DNA of 64,000 bases from Candidatus Magasanikiibacteriota bacterium (GCA_903893485.1 CAITMK010000012.1:18708-82707); one strand, 5' to 3'. Numbered from the stretch's first letter, positions 36,584 through 46,339 are shown. Program-made: numbers and translations. Notes: generated from the sequence alone by a model not told the origin.

Positions 36584-37291
36584 ATGAATGAGAAAAACTC
36601 GGAAAAGCGGTACGTTGTCGCGGCTTTGTTGCGGCAGGTTTTGGGCCTCGGGCCGAATGACCTGACGGCAAAAATGCTGCTGGCGACGGCCATGACGCAG
36701 ACGCAAGCCGCAGTGTTCGCCGAGGCGGTGCATCCGAATTTCCCGCGTTGGGCTGGCCGCTCGACCCGCGATTTCGCGGACTCGTGTGGTCCGGACGCGC
36801 ATTTCAAGGGCGAGACGGACCTGATGAAGGTCCTGGTCTCGGAGGACCTGAATAAGGCCATGCTGATCGACATCGGCTGGCGGCTGGGCACGGTGATCGT
36901 TCCGATGCCGGGCAAGCGCGAGCGGGAGAGCCTGCACGACCTGTTCAAGCACTTCATGGTCACGGACGAAGAGCTCGATCGGCCGAACATCGCTGCGATG
37001 GCGGCGGCTGGTGCTCAGGTTCCCCGCGATCGTGCGACTCCGCCGGCGCCGACCAAGGCGAGCCAAGTGGCACGCGCCAATCAGGCGGTCGTGCGCAAGG
37101 ACATTCTCGCGGGCAAGCACATGCCGTCGGGCGATGCTGGCTTTGGCGGTGCGTCCAACGAGCCGCGCGGCGATCATCGCGGTCGGCGTGCGCGTCTCGA
37201 AGAAGAGCAGCGCATGCGTCAGCGCGGCAAGCCGGCTGAAGGCACGGGCAAGCACTCGGCGAAGCGCAAGCAGGGCGGCGGTCGCGGTTAG
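36584..37291 (+). CDS. hypothetical protein (235 aa) with basic disordered C-terminal tail, GC-rich cassette E
   Basis: GGAGGA Shine-Dalgarno 5 nt upstream. ~66% GC. C-terminal ~70 aa are Arg/Lys/Gly-rich. Confidence 0.5.
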   Translation: MNEKNSEKRYVVAALLRQVLGLGPNDLTAKMLLATAMTQTQAAVFAEAVHPNFPRWAGRSTRDFADSCGPDAHFKGETDLMKVLVSEDLNKAMLIDIGWRLGTVIVPMPGKRERESLHDLFKHFMVTDEELDRPNIAAMAAAGAQVPRDRATPPAPTKASQVARANQAVVRKDILAGKHMPSGDAGFGGASNEPRGDHRGRRARLEEEQRMRQRGKPAEGTGKHSAKRKQGGGRG

Positions 37292-37312
37292 CGCAAACGT
37301 GCGCGGCCAATC

Positions 37313-37378
37313 GGCGTACAACATAGAGACTCGCACAGAAATTTCGTGCTTGAGACTCTGGTTGTACGCTGTTTTTTA
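37313..37378 (+). terminator. long-hairpin intrinsic terminator after cassette E
   Basis: gtacaacatagagactc...gagactctggttgtac stem followed by gctgtttttt. Confidence 0.6.
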
Positions 37379-37439
37379 TTTGACTGAAAAATGTAATTAC
37401 ACTAGGATTGATGAGGTTTCGCAACTTTTGGAGGATGTG

Positions 37440-38249
37440 ATGAAACAAGCTCAGATTAGGGATGATTTGCAACAAGCGTATTTGGAAACAATTGTGCTGG
37501 CACAACTGCTCGATGAAGGGTTTATTGGGCCGGCGAACTTGCTTCTTCGAGTTTTTGGTGCGTGCAAGGTGCCGCACAAAAACGCGTGGAGTGGTACGTT
37601 CGGAAATTCGCAGCTCTTTCAATTTGGTACAAATGGCCGTGCCCTGCGTTTGACCTTTACCACTACAATAACTGAAGCCAGTCTGATTCTGGACTGGACT
37701 TCAGATTATCAGGCGACAGAGCAGGACGTGGACCTGTGGTCACAGCGCGTGGAGCTCGGTTACGTCAGGTCTCGTGGTAAGTGGTTTTTTGAGACGAACC
37801 TCTCTGCCGACGGCTTTGGGGAATGGTTCGGTCGTCATGGTTCGCGCCTTCCAATTCCGGATTGGCATCACGACGATCCCATGCCCTGGCTTGCAATCAA
37901 CGCGGTCACACGTGGTTTCTTGCCCAAGAGGCCGGAAAGATTTGCACGCGCAATGGTCATGATTTTTTTGGAGGGAAATCAGACTGCGGATCGGTATCAA
38001 GCTGATCCGCTTACGGTGAGCGAGGCTACTGTTCTGAAGTCCATCGCGCATGCAGTCATGAATGGTAATCGGTGGATGGTTGTTCGGACGCGCGCCGGCA
38101 GACGTCTGGATTCGCAAGACGCACGGGATGCCCTTGATGTAATTATGGGGATCAAACCGCCTTTGGAGTGCTCCAGAGATTTGCTCGAATTCGTCAAGAT
38201 GATCTGTGGCGCTGCTGGCGACGCAAGCTTCGGCGGCCGCATTGTTTGA
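37440..38249 (+). CDS. hypothetical protein (270 aa), cassette F, tandem with E
   Basis: TTGACT-17-TAGGAT promoter at ~37380-37410. GGAGGA Shine-Dalgarno 5 nt before the ATG at 37440. ~53% GC. No recognisable motifs. Confidence 0.5.
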   Translation: MKQAQIRDDLQQAYLETIVLAQLLDEGFIGPANLLLRVFGACKVPHKNAWSGTFGNSQLFQFGTNGRALRLTFTTTITEASLILDWTSDYQATEQDVDLWSQRVELGYVRSRGKWFFETNLSADGFGEWFGRHGSRLPIPDWHHDDPMPWLAINAVTRGFLPKRPERFARAMVMIFLEGNQTADRYQADPLTVSEATVLKSIAHAVMNGNRWMVVRTRAGRRLDSQDARDALDVIMGIKPPLECSRDLLEFVKMICGAAGDASFGGRIV

Positions 38250-38336
38250 GGAAAACCAAAAACGCACCCCCGTTTGAGTCGGCCAAAATTTCTGGCGATT
38301 CGCGGGCGGTGCGTCTTTTATTTTGCAATTATTTTT

Positions 38337-40439
38337 TTAGACCTCAATGATTACGGGCAACACCATTGGGCGTCGCTTGGTTTGATTGAACAAGAATTGT
38401 CCAACATCATTGCGGATGCGTGTTTTGATGTATTCATCAAACGCAGGGGATTTGTGATCCGATTCGTCCATGATTTTTTGAACGAGCGCGCGTGTTTTGT
38501 CCAAAATTTCCTGGTTATCTTTGATAAGAATAAACCCACGAGAAATAATGTCCGGTGCGCCGATGAGCGCGCCCGATGATTCTTCGATGGTTGCAATAAC
38601 CACGAGCATACCGTCTTGCGACATTTCCATGCGATCGCGCAGAATTACTTCTGACACATCGCCAACGCCAAGGCCATCAACCATAACATATTCTGCAGGA
38701 TGACGTTCTTCGGTAAGGCGGCCGCCGCTTACATCGAATTGCACGACTTGGCCGTTATCGGCAATGAAAATATTTTCTTTTTCAACACCAACCGCTGCAG
38801 CAAGACGGCCGTGAGCCGCAAGCATAAAGCGGTTGCCATGAATTGGCATGAAATGTTTTGGCTTGGTAAGGCGCAACATTAATTTGAGATCTTCTTGTTT
38901 TGCGTGACCGCCGGCGTGCACATCCATGTGCACCGAATGCACCACGTTTGCACCATGGCGAACCAACGTGTCTTTGAGGCGTTGAACACTGCGTTCATTA
39001 CCTGGAACAACTGATGAAGAGAAAATCACGGTGTCATTGTCTTCCAATTTAAGGAAACGATGTTCGCCGGTTGCAATGCGCATGAGCGCCGCTTTTTCTT
39101 CGCCTTGTGCGCCAGTACACAAAATAAGTAAGTTTTCTGGGCGATATTTGTTGTAATCGTTTTCATCGATGATGGTGCCTGGTTTGAACTGCAAGTAGCC
39201 AAGTTCATGAGCAAGATCAACGTTTTTTTGCATTGAACGACCCTGAATTAAAACCTTGCGGCCATACTTTTCGGCAAGCGCCAAAATGATTTGCACGCGA
39301 GTTAAAAGGGAAGAGAAAGTACCAACAATAATGCGGCTTTCTGCGTTGCCGATTACGCGATCAAGTTCGTTATACACAACTTGTTCTGAAATTTGGTGAC
39401 CTGGAATGTCTGCGGCGGTTGAATCTGACAAAAGTGCCAAAACACCTTTTGAGCCATACATTGCAATGCGGCCAAGATCTGCTGGCTCTTCGTTCACTGG
39501 GGTGAAATCGAATTTGAAGTCACCGGTAATAAGAACTGGGCCAAATGGTGTGTGAATTGCAACACCAAACGCATCGGAAATGGTGTGGTTAATGTGGAAC
39601 GGTTCAAAGATAAAGTTTTTACCCAAATGAAAACGTTCGTCGGCGTGCTGCACAATTACCATGTTTAATTTTGGCAAATGTGGATATTCTTCGTGGCGTG
39701 CGCGAACGATACCGGCGGTTAATGGCGCGGTATAAATTGGCGGATTGCCAATTTTTGGGAGCACGTGTGAAATTGCACCAACGTGGTCCAAATGGCCGTG
39801 AGTGATAATGACACCGCGAATATTTTTTTCGCGACCCTTAAAGGTTGCAACATTTGGAATAATGTAGTCGATGCCTGGCATGCCTTCTTCGGGGAACATA
39901 AGGCCGACGTCAACGATAATAATATCGTCGCCGCATTCCAAAACGGTACAGTTGCGGCCAATTTCTTCCAAGCCGCCAAGTGCGTAAATTTTAAGTTTCA
40001 AATCTGAGTCTGCGGTTGGGGCAACGAGTGGTTCAAAATAAACCGCTTCACGGTCGCCACGTTGAACATCATAACCCGCTGGAATTGGGGTGTTGAAATC
40101 TGGAGCGTTGCGTGGGCGCATAACGCCAGCTGCTGCATGAAATGCTGAACGTTTTTGGATAATTGGTAAGCCTCCAACGCGTGCGGTTGGACCGCTTTGC
40201 TGCTGATTGCCATAAGCTGGGCGTGAAGCAGCACCGCCACGCATAGGTGGGCGGTTTGAACGCTGAAACGGTGGGCGTCCACCAATCATTGGAGGGCGAC
40301 CATCGGGGCGCGCTGGTGTGGCAGGCATGCCTGAATTATTGAAGCGGCGAGGGCCACCCATAGGTGGACGTCCCTGGTTTGGGCCACGACGAAGTGGCGG
40401 CGGTGCCATGTTTGGCGACGCTGATACTGGATCTGTCAT
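38337..40439 (-). CDS. rnj: ribonuclease J (beta-CASP metallo-beta-lactamase RNase) with ~180-aa Arg/Gly/Pro-rich N-terminal extension
   Basis: HGHLDHVGA zinc motif, beta-CASP and C-terminal domains. N-terminus is rich in RPPMGGPRR / GGRPPF repeats. Confidence 0.8.
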   Translation of the reverse strand: MTDPVSASPNMAPPPLRRGPNQGRPPMGGPRRFNNSGMPATPARPDGRPPMIGGRPPFQRSNRPPMRGGAASRPAYGNQQQSGPTARVGGLPIIQKRSAFHAAAGVMRPRNAPDFNTPIPAGYDVQRGDREAVYFEPLVAPTADSDLKLKIYALGGLEEIGRNCTVLECGDDIIIVDVGLMFPEEGMPGIDYIIPNVATFKGREKNIRGVIITHGHLDHVGAISHVLPKIGNPPIYTAPLTAGIVRARHEEYPHLPKLNMVIVQHADERFHLGKNFIFEPFHINHTISDAFGVAIHTPFGPVLITGDFKFDFTPVNEEPADLGRIAMYGSKGVLALLSDSTAADIPGHQISEQVVYNELDRVIGNAESRIIVGTFSSLLTRVQIILALAEKYGRKVLIQGRSMQKNVDLAHELGYLQFKPGTIIDENDYNKYRPENLLILCTGAQGEEKAALMRIATGEHRFLKLEDNDTVIFSSSVVPGNERSVQRLKDTLVRHGANVVHSVHMDVHAGGHAKQEDLKLMLRLTKPKHFMPIHGNRFMLAAHGRLAAAVGVEKENIFIADNGQVVQFDVSGGRLTEERHPAEYVMVDGLGVGDVSEVILRDRMEMSQDGMLVVIATIEESSGALIGAPDIISRGFILIKDNQEILDKTRALVQKIMDESDHKSPAFDEYIKTRIRNDVGQFLFNQTKRRPMVLPVIIEV

Positions 40440-40816
40440 AGGAGTGTTAAATTGATTTCTTTCTCTTTTCGTGGACACGCGTCGCATTCTCCTGCGAGAA
40501 TGCGCGCTCGGCCCCGGTTCGCCAGTTTTGCTTCGCAAAACACCATGCTGGCTCACCTGCGGATGGTCCACTAAAACAGAAAGAAATCGATTTTAGTGAG
40601 TATGAGTGATTAAATTTTTGAAATAGTGCTGAACTGGTCAAGTAAAAAAGGTGTGTCGCAAGGTTTATAAAAATCTATTGTGAGGGACCATCCGCAGCCT
40701 GAGCGGGCCGGAGTTTTGGCACGTAGGGCCAAAACGAGCGAGGGCGAGGCTGAGTGCAAATTCCCGCCGGGGAATTTGCCACGTGTCCTGAACATTAGAT
40801 TTTTATAAACCGGCTT
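40440..40816 (-). promoter_or_regulatory. long structured leader/spacer between tRNA-Leu and rnj, with interleaved inverted repeats
   Basis: IR1 ggtttataaaaatct / agatttttataaacc and IR2 ctgcggatggtcc / ggaccatccgcag are arranged 1a-2a-1b-2b. Several perfect local hairpins are also present. Confidence 0.4.
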
Positions 40817-40903
40817 TGGTGCCGCGGGCGGGACTTGAACCCGCACACTCTTGCGAGCGCTAGCACCTGAAGCTAGTGTGTCTGCCAATTTCACCACCGC
40901 GGC
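40817..40903 (-). tRNA. tRNA-Leu (anticodon CAG), long variable arm
   Basis: Acceptor GCCGCGG/CCGCGGC, anticodon stem CTAGC/GCTAG with loop TTCAGGT, T-arm GCGGGTTCAAGTCCCGC, encoded CCA. Confidence 0.8.
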
Positions 40904-40967
40904 AGGGAGTGGATAGGAAACAAAAGTAGACCAAACTATAGCATACCAAGGTCGGATTTGTCAATTA

Positions 40968-42683
40968 TCACTTCTTAACCTGTTTGGTCGAAATAAACCA
41001 ACTGGTGATATTTTGAAAACGTTCGTCAGCGTTAACACCTGGGGGAACCGTAACGCCTTGGACTTTTTGGGCCACAAAATATTCGTATACTGGTTGGTAC
41101 AAAAATATAGCTGGGGTATCGGCAACAATGCGGTTCGAAATTTTCTTTAATAAAGTGGCGCGTGTGGCGGGGGCGGGCTCAGAAAGTAATGATTGGAGCC
41201 ATGCGTCAACTTCGCTCATTTGGTAACGCGCATAGTTTACGCCATCATCGGCGCTGCCCGTGGAATTCCAGTAAGGATAGGCGCTATTTGGCGTTTCGTA
41301 GGATTGGCCAGCAAGTAGCATATCCTGAGTGGCTGCGTCTTGTGGCGCATTTTCTAAATCAACGGTGCGTGTGGCAACGGGCAATCCAATTGCTTTTAAA
41401 TTTTCAACAATTTGATTCGCTGCATTTACAAGCGCAGCTGAACTTGGAACGCCCAAAGACAGCGGCGTTGTGGGTAGTTTAACATTAGCTTTTTTTAGCA
41501 GCGCCAACGCATTGGCGGTGTTCATATCCGGAAGTGCTGCTAAGTCGCCACCAATAATTGAAGCCGGAAAAGGTTCACGCGCTGGCACACCATTACTTTT
41601 TAAAGCATTTTTAACAATTGCGGTGCGATCGATGGCAAGTGCAATTGCATCGCGCAAATCCGGGTTTTTAAATAATGGATTTTTTGATGGATTGAAAAAT
41701 AAACTTACAACGGTTGGTGGCGTAATTTCGTAGCGTTTTACGTCGTGCTTAAAAATGGTGTCATCAGCGCTTGGATCGAAAGCGGTAAATGCGTCCACGG
41801 TGCGACTGCGAAATAAATCCGCGGCAGTATCAGCGTCGGGCGCAAAACGAAACGTAAGCTCTTCAATGTACGCCGGTTTTGGTTTGAAATCCGAAAACAC
41901 ATCAAACGTCATGCTTTGTAAAAAGCCACCCGCATCCGCAGTTGCGCTTTCGAATTGAAACGGTCCAGATCCAACGGGTTTAAGATTTAATGAATCGGTT
42001 CGCATGTGCGTTGGGTCAACATTTTTCCAAATATGTTCTGGGATGATGCCTACATGCAAAAGCGCAGGTAAATCTGGCATGCTATGCGCGACTGAAATTT
42101 GTACGGTACCATCGGCAGCGGCAACCGCGGTAATTTTTTGCGCCGCGGGCTGCCATGGGCTGCCAACCGCGGTGTTTTGCATTGCTTGAATGGTAAATAA
42201 AACATCTTGCGCCGTAATTGCAGCACCATCGTGCCATTCATGATCGCCAAGCGTAATAGTTGCGCGCGTTAAGGTGCTATTAAATTTGCACGTTGCAAGC
42301 GCAGGGCCAGCATCGGCGCACAAAGGCAAAAATAAAACGTTGGTGAGCGACAGGTCAATGTCTGTTGCGGCAAAAAGAGGATTAATATTTTGCGGCTCGC
42401 CAACGAGCGCTTCTTTAAAAGTGCCGCCAGTGGTTGGCACCGTAACCATATTAAATCGTTGAAATGACCAAAAAAGGCCAATCACTGAAATAATGGCAAG
42501 TGCTGATGCGCCGGAAAAAACTAGTCGCTCCCATTTGCTGAGAAACATGTCCAAATGGGCAAGCTGTTGGCGCGAAGGGAAAAATTTTTCATGGCGCGCA
42601 TGAAAAACAGAGCGGTCAAGACGCGTCATACGCTGCCGCACAAAGGTATCGTAAATTCGTCGTCCTTCTGAAAGAAGGCTCAT
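40968..42683 (-). CDS. ABC transporter substrate-binding protein, family 5 (Opp/Dpp-like), membrane-anchored
   Basis: N-terminal TM anchor LVFSGASALAIISVIGLFW followed by an SBP_bac_5-like domain. Start uncertain (42716, 42683 or 42629). Confidence 0.55.
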   Translation of the reverse strand: MSLLSEGRRIYDTFVRQRMTRLDRSVFHARHEKFFPSRQQLAHLDMFLSKWERLVFSGASALAIISVIGLFWSFQRFNMVTVPTTGGTFKEALVGEPQNINPLFAATDIDLSLTNVLFLPLCADAGPALATCKFNSTLTRATITLGDHEWHDGAAITAQDVLFTIQAMQNTAVGSPWQPAAQKITAVAAADGTVQISVAHSMPDLPALLHVGIIPEHIWKNVDPTHMRTDSLNLKPVGSGPFQFESATADAGGFLQSMTFDVFSDFKPKPAYIEELTFRFAPDADTAADLFRSRTVDAFTAFDPSADDTIFKHDVKRYEITPPTVVSLFFNPSKNPLFKNPDLRDAIALAIDRTAIVKNALKSNGVPAREPFPASIIGGDLAALPDMNTANALALLKKANVKLPTTPLSLGVPSSAALVNAANQIVENLKAIGLPVATRTVDLENAPQDAATQDMLLAGQSYETPNSAYPYWNSTGSADDGVNYARYQMSEVDAWLQSLLSEPAPATRATLLKKISNRIVADTPAIFLYQPVYEYFVAQKVQGVTVPPGVNADERFQNITSWFISTKQVKK

Positions 42684-42693
42684 ACGAAAAAAA

Positions 42694-42912
42694 TTACTTG
42701 ATAATGAAGTTTGCAACCGCGGTTACAAAGTACAAAACAGCGATTACAATAGTTGCGCGGAACAAAATTTTGTCCACACCACGCTTGGTTGAGTACACAT
42801 TACTTGAGCCACCAAAAGCAGCCCCAAGACCAGTGCCTTTCTGCTGAAGCAAAATTACTGCAATCAGCGCAATCGAAATAAGAATTTGGATGATGTTTAA
42901 TGCGAGTTTCAT
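42694..42912 (-). CDS. secG: preprotein translocase subunit SecG
   Basis: 72 aa with two TM helices and the LLQQKGTGLGAAFGG signature. Promoter TTGACA-18-TACAGT upstream. Confidence 0.8.
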   Translation of the reverse strand: MKLALNIIQILISIALIAVILLQQKGTGLGAAFGGSSNVYSTKRGVDKILFRATIVIAVLYFVTAVANFIIK

Positions 42913-42984
42913 AGCCCATACTGTATCAAAAGGGTCCCGCGTATGTCAAGCATGTGATATACTGAGCGCAACATTCTTTGACCT

Positions 42985-43725
42985 ATGCAAGAAACTGTTT
43001 TAGTACAAATTCCCGGGCAGCCATGGTGGAAACGCTGGTGGGGAATTCTTATCATTTTGATTTTAGGCACCGGCACGATCTTTACTTTGTGGTTCGGGGC
43101 ACTTGTTTATTCAAACGTAAAGATGATTCGCTCCGGCGCACTCAAACCGCTGAGTAGTTATAATTCAGATTTTACCGGCAGCGGCGCGGCAGCTGGTACG
43201 GCAAGCAAAGGCGCACAATTAATTCGCCCAGAAAATGCAACCATGGGCAAGGGCGATCATACCATTGTTGAATTTGGTGATTTTGAATGTCCATTTACTG
43301 CCAAAGAATTTCCAGTTATCCGTCCGCTCATGGAAAAGGTGTTGGGAGTGAAATTTGTATTTCGAAATTTTCCGCTCACCACGATTCATACACACGCATA
43401 TAATGTAGCGCTTGCAGGCACCTGTGCCAAAGCGCAAGGGAAATTTTGGGAATATCATGATCAGGTTTTTTTGAATCAAACTGATTTGACTGATACGGCG
43501 CTCGCACATTATGCGCAAACCGCGGGTTTGGATACTGATAAATTTGCAACGTGTTTTAGTGACAAAACTTATAAAGACGAAGTTGCACGTGACGCGCAAG
43601 ATGGCTATGCGCTTGGGGTTCGTGGCACGCCAACATTTTTCATTGATGGTTTCAAAGTTGAAGGCGCAATTCCAACCGATGCGTGGACCGTAATTTTGGG
43701 CAAACTTGGAATCTCGGTTAATTAA
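42985..43725 (+). CDS. DsbA-like thioredoxin-fold protein with N-terminal membrane anchor; active-site motif reads CPFT
   Basis: TM segment ILIILILGTGTIFTLWFGALV. FGDFECPFTAKEF sits at the position of the DsbA CxxC motif. TGaTATACTG box upstream. Confidence 0.5.
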   Translation: MQETVLVQIPGQPWWKRWWGILIILILGTGTIFTLWFGALVYSNVKMIRSGALKPLSSYNSDFTGSGAAAGTASKGAQLIRPENATMGKGDHTIVEFGDFECPFTAKEFPVIRPLMEKVLGVKFVFRNFPLTTIHTHAYNVALAGTCAKAQGKFWEYHDQVFLNQTDLTDTALAHYAQTAGLDTDKFATCFSDKTYKDEVARDAQDGYALGVRGTPTFFIDGFKVEGAIPTDAWTVILGKLGISVN

Positions 43726-43726
43726 T

Positions 43727-46318
43727 ATGAAACAGCTGCTGCAAAAACTTGGGATCATGGTAAGTTTTGCAGCGGCAGTTTTTTTTCCGGTTGCACGGCC
43801 GGTGTTTGCTGCAACATCTAATTGTTGTTTATATCAACCAAATACTGCGGCACCACAATGGTTAAATGATTTGGGTGCAAGTGCAAATGTGGTGACGAAA
43901 CTTCCAGCATCAGGAAAGTGTGACGCACCATCCGAGGTCGTATCAATTTCAGCGTTGAAAGAATTTTATACGGGGGACGTTTTAACCAATGACGCGGCAA
44001 CTTGCTCAAGTGCCAGCGGTAACGAAGTCAAATTGTCTCAGGCAAGTAATGCGCCAATCCAATGTTGCATGCTGCAGAGTAGTGATTCAAAAACAGTGGC
44101 ATGCGTTCCAAAAAAAGCAGGGGATGGTGCGACAAGTTGTCTTACTGCCACGGTTTCGCAAATTAAATCTGGCATGTCAATTGTTCAGACCACAAATACT
44201 TGTGACTCTCAAGTGCCATGTCAAAATTTAACACTTGCGCAAACGGCGCAAACCTTGAATAGTGGTGCACAAAATCCTGCGCCTGCTGCGGGTGCTGCAG
44301 CAGATGGGGCAAATGCGCCAACACCTCCCTGGACCAAAACGGATTGTTTGTTAGAAAAAGATGCGGGCGGCGCAACACATAACATGTGGTTGCCACCAGC
44401 AAATGATGCAACTGCGACAACAGGAAATTATTGTTACGTAAAACCAATCCCGGTTAATTTGGAAATTCCATTTGGCGGGCAGATTTCAACAGCAACGGGG
44501 CTTCCACAATATATTAACGCGGCATACAAATATGCAATCGGTATTGCGGTCATGGCAGCGGTGCTCATGTTTATGTACGGGGGGTTTTTGTGGATGTTTT
44601 CTGGTGTTTCAAGTCAGATAAGTCAGGCTAAGACGGTGATGCTAACTTCTATTACTGGATTAACATTGGTTTTTGGTGCATATATTATTTTAAATACCAT
44701 TGATCCGTCGCTCATTAATTTGCAAGCGCCGCCGATTCATGCAATTAGGCCAGATGTTTTAGTGACCGCAGATAAATTAGCGACCTGTGATCCAAGTGCA
44801 GAAAATAGCTGCGGGCCTTCTAAGTATTGCGAGCCAACCATGACGGGTGTGGAAAATGCTTGTAACCGACAGATGATGGCTTTTGGTGGCGCGGTGTTCG
44901 GAAGTGCGGCGATTGCTGCTGCAGCTCCATTTGCGCTCGCTGCAGGCGCAACAGCACTTGCAAATGCTGGTGAAAAAATAGCTGCAGATGGGATGGGTTT
45001 GATAATAAAAAATGCCGCCAAAAGCGCCGCGGTTAATTATTTTAAGGGGCAAGCCGTTGAAACAGTGGGAAGTAAAATTACCGATGCCATTGGGCCGGCT
45101 GTTTTTGTAACACTTGGGTTGGCGTACGTAAATTATGAAATGGCACCAAAAGATGTGGAAGGATATTGCGTTGATTTAAATCACGATAAAATCGTGGGAC
45201 AAATTTGCGCGGGCGATGCTGATTGTCAATCAAATAAATGTCTGCAAACCTCAAAAAGTTCATGCTCAACCGTAAAAAGAGGTATTTGTGTGAACGGCGA
45301 TTTACGTGATCCGTGTCCGATTGAAGTGACTGAACAAACTAAAAAGTATGCTTGCCTAAATGGCGTCACTTGCGTCGATAACGAACATGGATCAAGTAGA
45401 TTCGGAATTGGATTTTGTTCCGACGGATCTCATTTAGGAATGCCATGCAACGATAAAGTTGCGTGTAAATCATTTGCTGATGGATTGAATTTGATGTGTG
45501 CTGGCGGATATTGTCGACAAAAAGAGTATTATGAGAAAGACGGAACTCTTACTGATGTAGCCGGAGGTAATCCGCGTTGTATTATTCCGTCAGATTGTAC
45601 CGGTGATGATTATACTAAGCTTAATGCGTCTCAGCATTTGGGGCAGGCACTGGCCAGCGGTAGAACAACTTACGCCGGTTGTTTAAAAAAAGGTGATCCT
45701 GAATCTGGGCTGCCAGCACGTTTTTTGGTGCCAGTTATGAATTATGAAGTACGTGCTGCATATCTTGCAGAACTCAGTTCTTCAGGGATCTGCACAACCG
45801 CGGCACCCTTTTTTGTTAATGCGGCTGGGAAAAAAACAGCAAACGTGTGCTACGTTAATATTTATCAAAGCAAAAAAACAGCAAGTCCTCCAGCCAAGGC
45901 TGAAGCGGAAAATAAAACAGTTTTAGACGCAATAAGTGCAAAATATGGAGCAAATAGTATGGGCTCTGATTTTGCAGCGGGTATTGTTTTTAATAAAGTT
46001 GGTTGTGGAATTGATAAAGATCAAATTAACCACGCGGTTATTAATGGTACACCTATTTTTGATACATCAGGTGATTGTGTCATTGATGCTGGTTCGGTTC
46101 TCTCGCAAAATTTGGCATTAGTAAATGGCGTGGGAGTCGTCAGGGGATATTGTTCGGATCAAGTCGGCGGAAAAAATGGTGAAAGTTATGTTTGGACGCA
46201 GACAGAACTTGGACAATACCTTATGTATGTACACGCTGATGATGCAAATTCTGGATGGGTAAAGACGCCAGATCTGACCAATTTAAGCAACACATACGCA
46301 GGCACCGTGACGCAGTAA
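43727..46318 (+). CDS. large secreted cysteine-rich protein (~865 aa) with a central pair of TM helices (VirB2/TrbC-pilin-like hairpin?)
   Basis: Signal peptide, then >50 Cys in both extracytoplasmic halves. The central hydrophobic hairpin is YAIGIAVMAAVLMFMYGGFLWMFSG...TGLTLVFGAYIILN. Confidence 0.5.
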   Translation: MKQLLQKLGIMVSFAAAVFFPVARPVFAATSNCCLYQPNTAAPQWLNDLGASANVVTKLPASGKCDAPSEVVSISALKEFYTGDVLTNDAATCSSASGNEVKLSQASNAPIQCCMLQSSDSKTVACVPKKAGDGATSCLTATVSQIKSGMSIVQTTNTCDSQVPCQNLTLAQTAQTLNSGAQNPAPAAGAAADGANAPTPPWTKTDCLLEKDAGGATHNMWLPPANDATATTGNYCYVKPIPVNLEIPFGGQISTATGLPQYINAAYKYAIGIAVMAAVLMFMYGGFLWMFSGVSSQISQAKTVMLTSITGLTLVFGAYIILNTIDPSLINLQAPPIHAIRPDVLVTADKLATCDPSAENSCGPSKYCEPTMTGVENACNRQMMAFGGAVFGSAAIAAAAPFALAAGATALANAGEKIAADGMGLIIKNAAKSAAVNYFKGQAVETVGSKITDAIGPAVFVTLGLAYVNYEMAPKDVEGYCVDLNHDKIVGQICAGDADCQSNKCLQTSKSSCSTVKRGICVNGDLRDPCPIEVTEQTKKYACLNGVTCVDNEHGSSRFGIGFCSDGSHLGMPCNDKVACKSFADGLNLMCAGGYCRQKEYYEKDGTLTDVAGGNPRCIIPSDCTGDDYTKLNASQHLGQALASGRTTYAGCLKKGDPESGLPARFLVPVMNYEVRAAYLAELSSSGICTTAAPFFVNAAGKKTANVCYVNIYQSKKTASPPAKAEAENKTVLDAISAKYGANSMGSDFAAGIVFNKVGCGIDKDQINHAVINGTPIFDTSGDCVIDAGSVLSQNLALVNGVGVVRGYCSDQVGGKNGESYVWTQTELGQYLMYVHADDANSGWVKTPDLTNLSNTYAGTVTQ

Positions 46319-46339
46319 TTAACTAGCTGCAGCGCGCTC

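Noticed and set aside
35474-37336. 620-aa minus-strand ORF
   Set aside because: Only the C-terminal 318 aa (from MKNVIISGIQPTG) are TrpS. The N-terminal extension is the antisense reading of GC-rich cassette E, which has its own promoter and Shine-Dalgarno on the plus strand.
37011-37439. N-terminal 143 aa of the 412-aa plus-strand ORF
   Set aside because: It is an out-of-frame overlap with the cassette E coding region and terminator hairpin. A GGAGGA Shine-Dalgarno precedes the internal ATG at 37440, taken as the true start of protein F.
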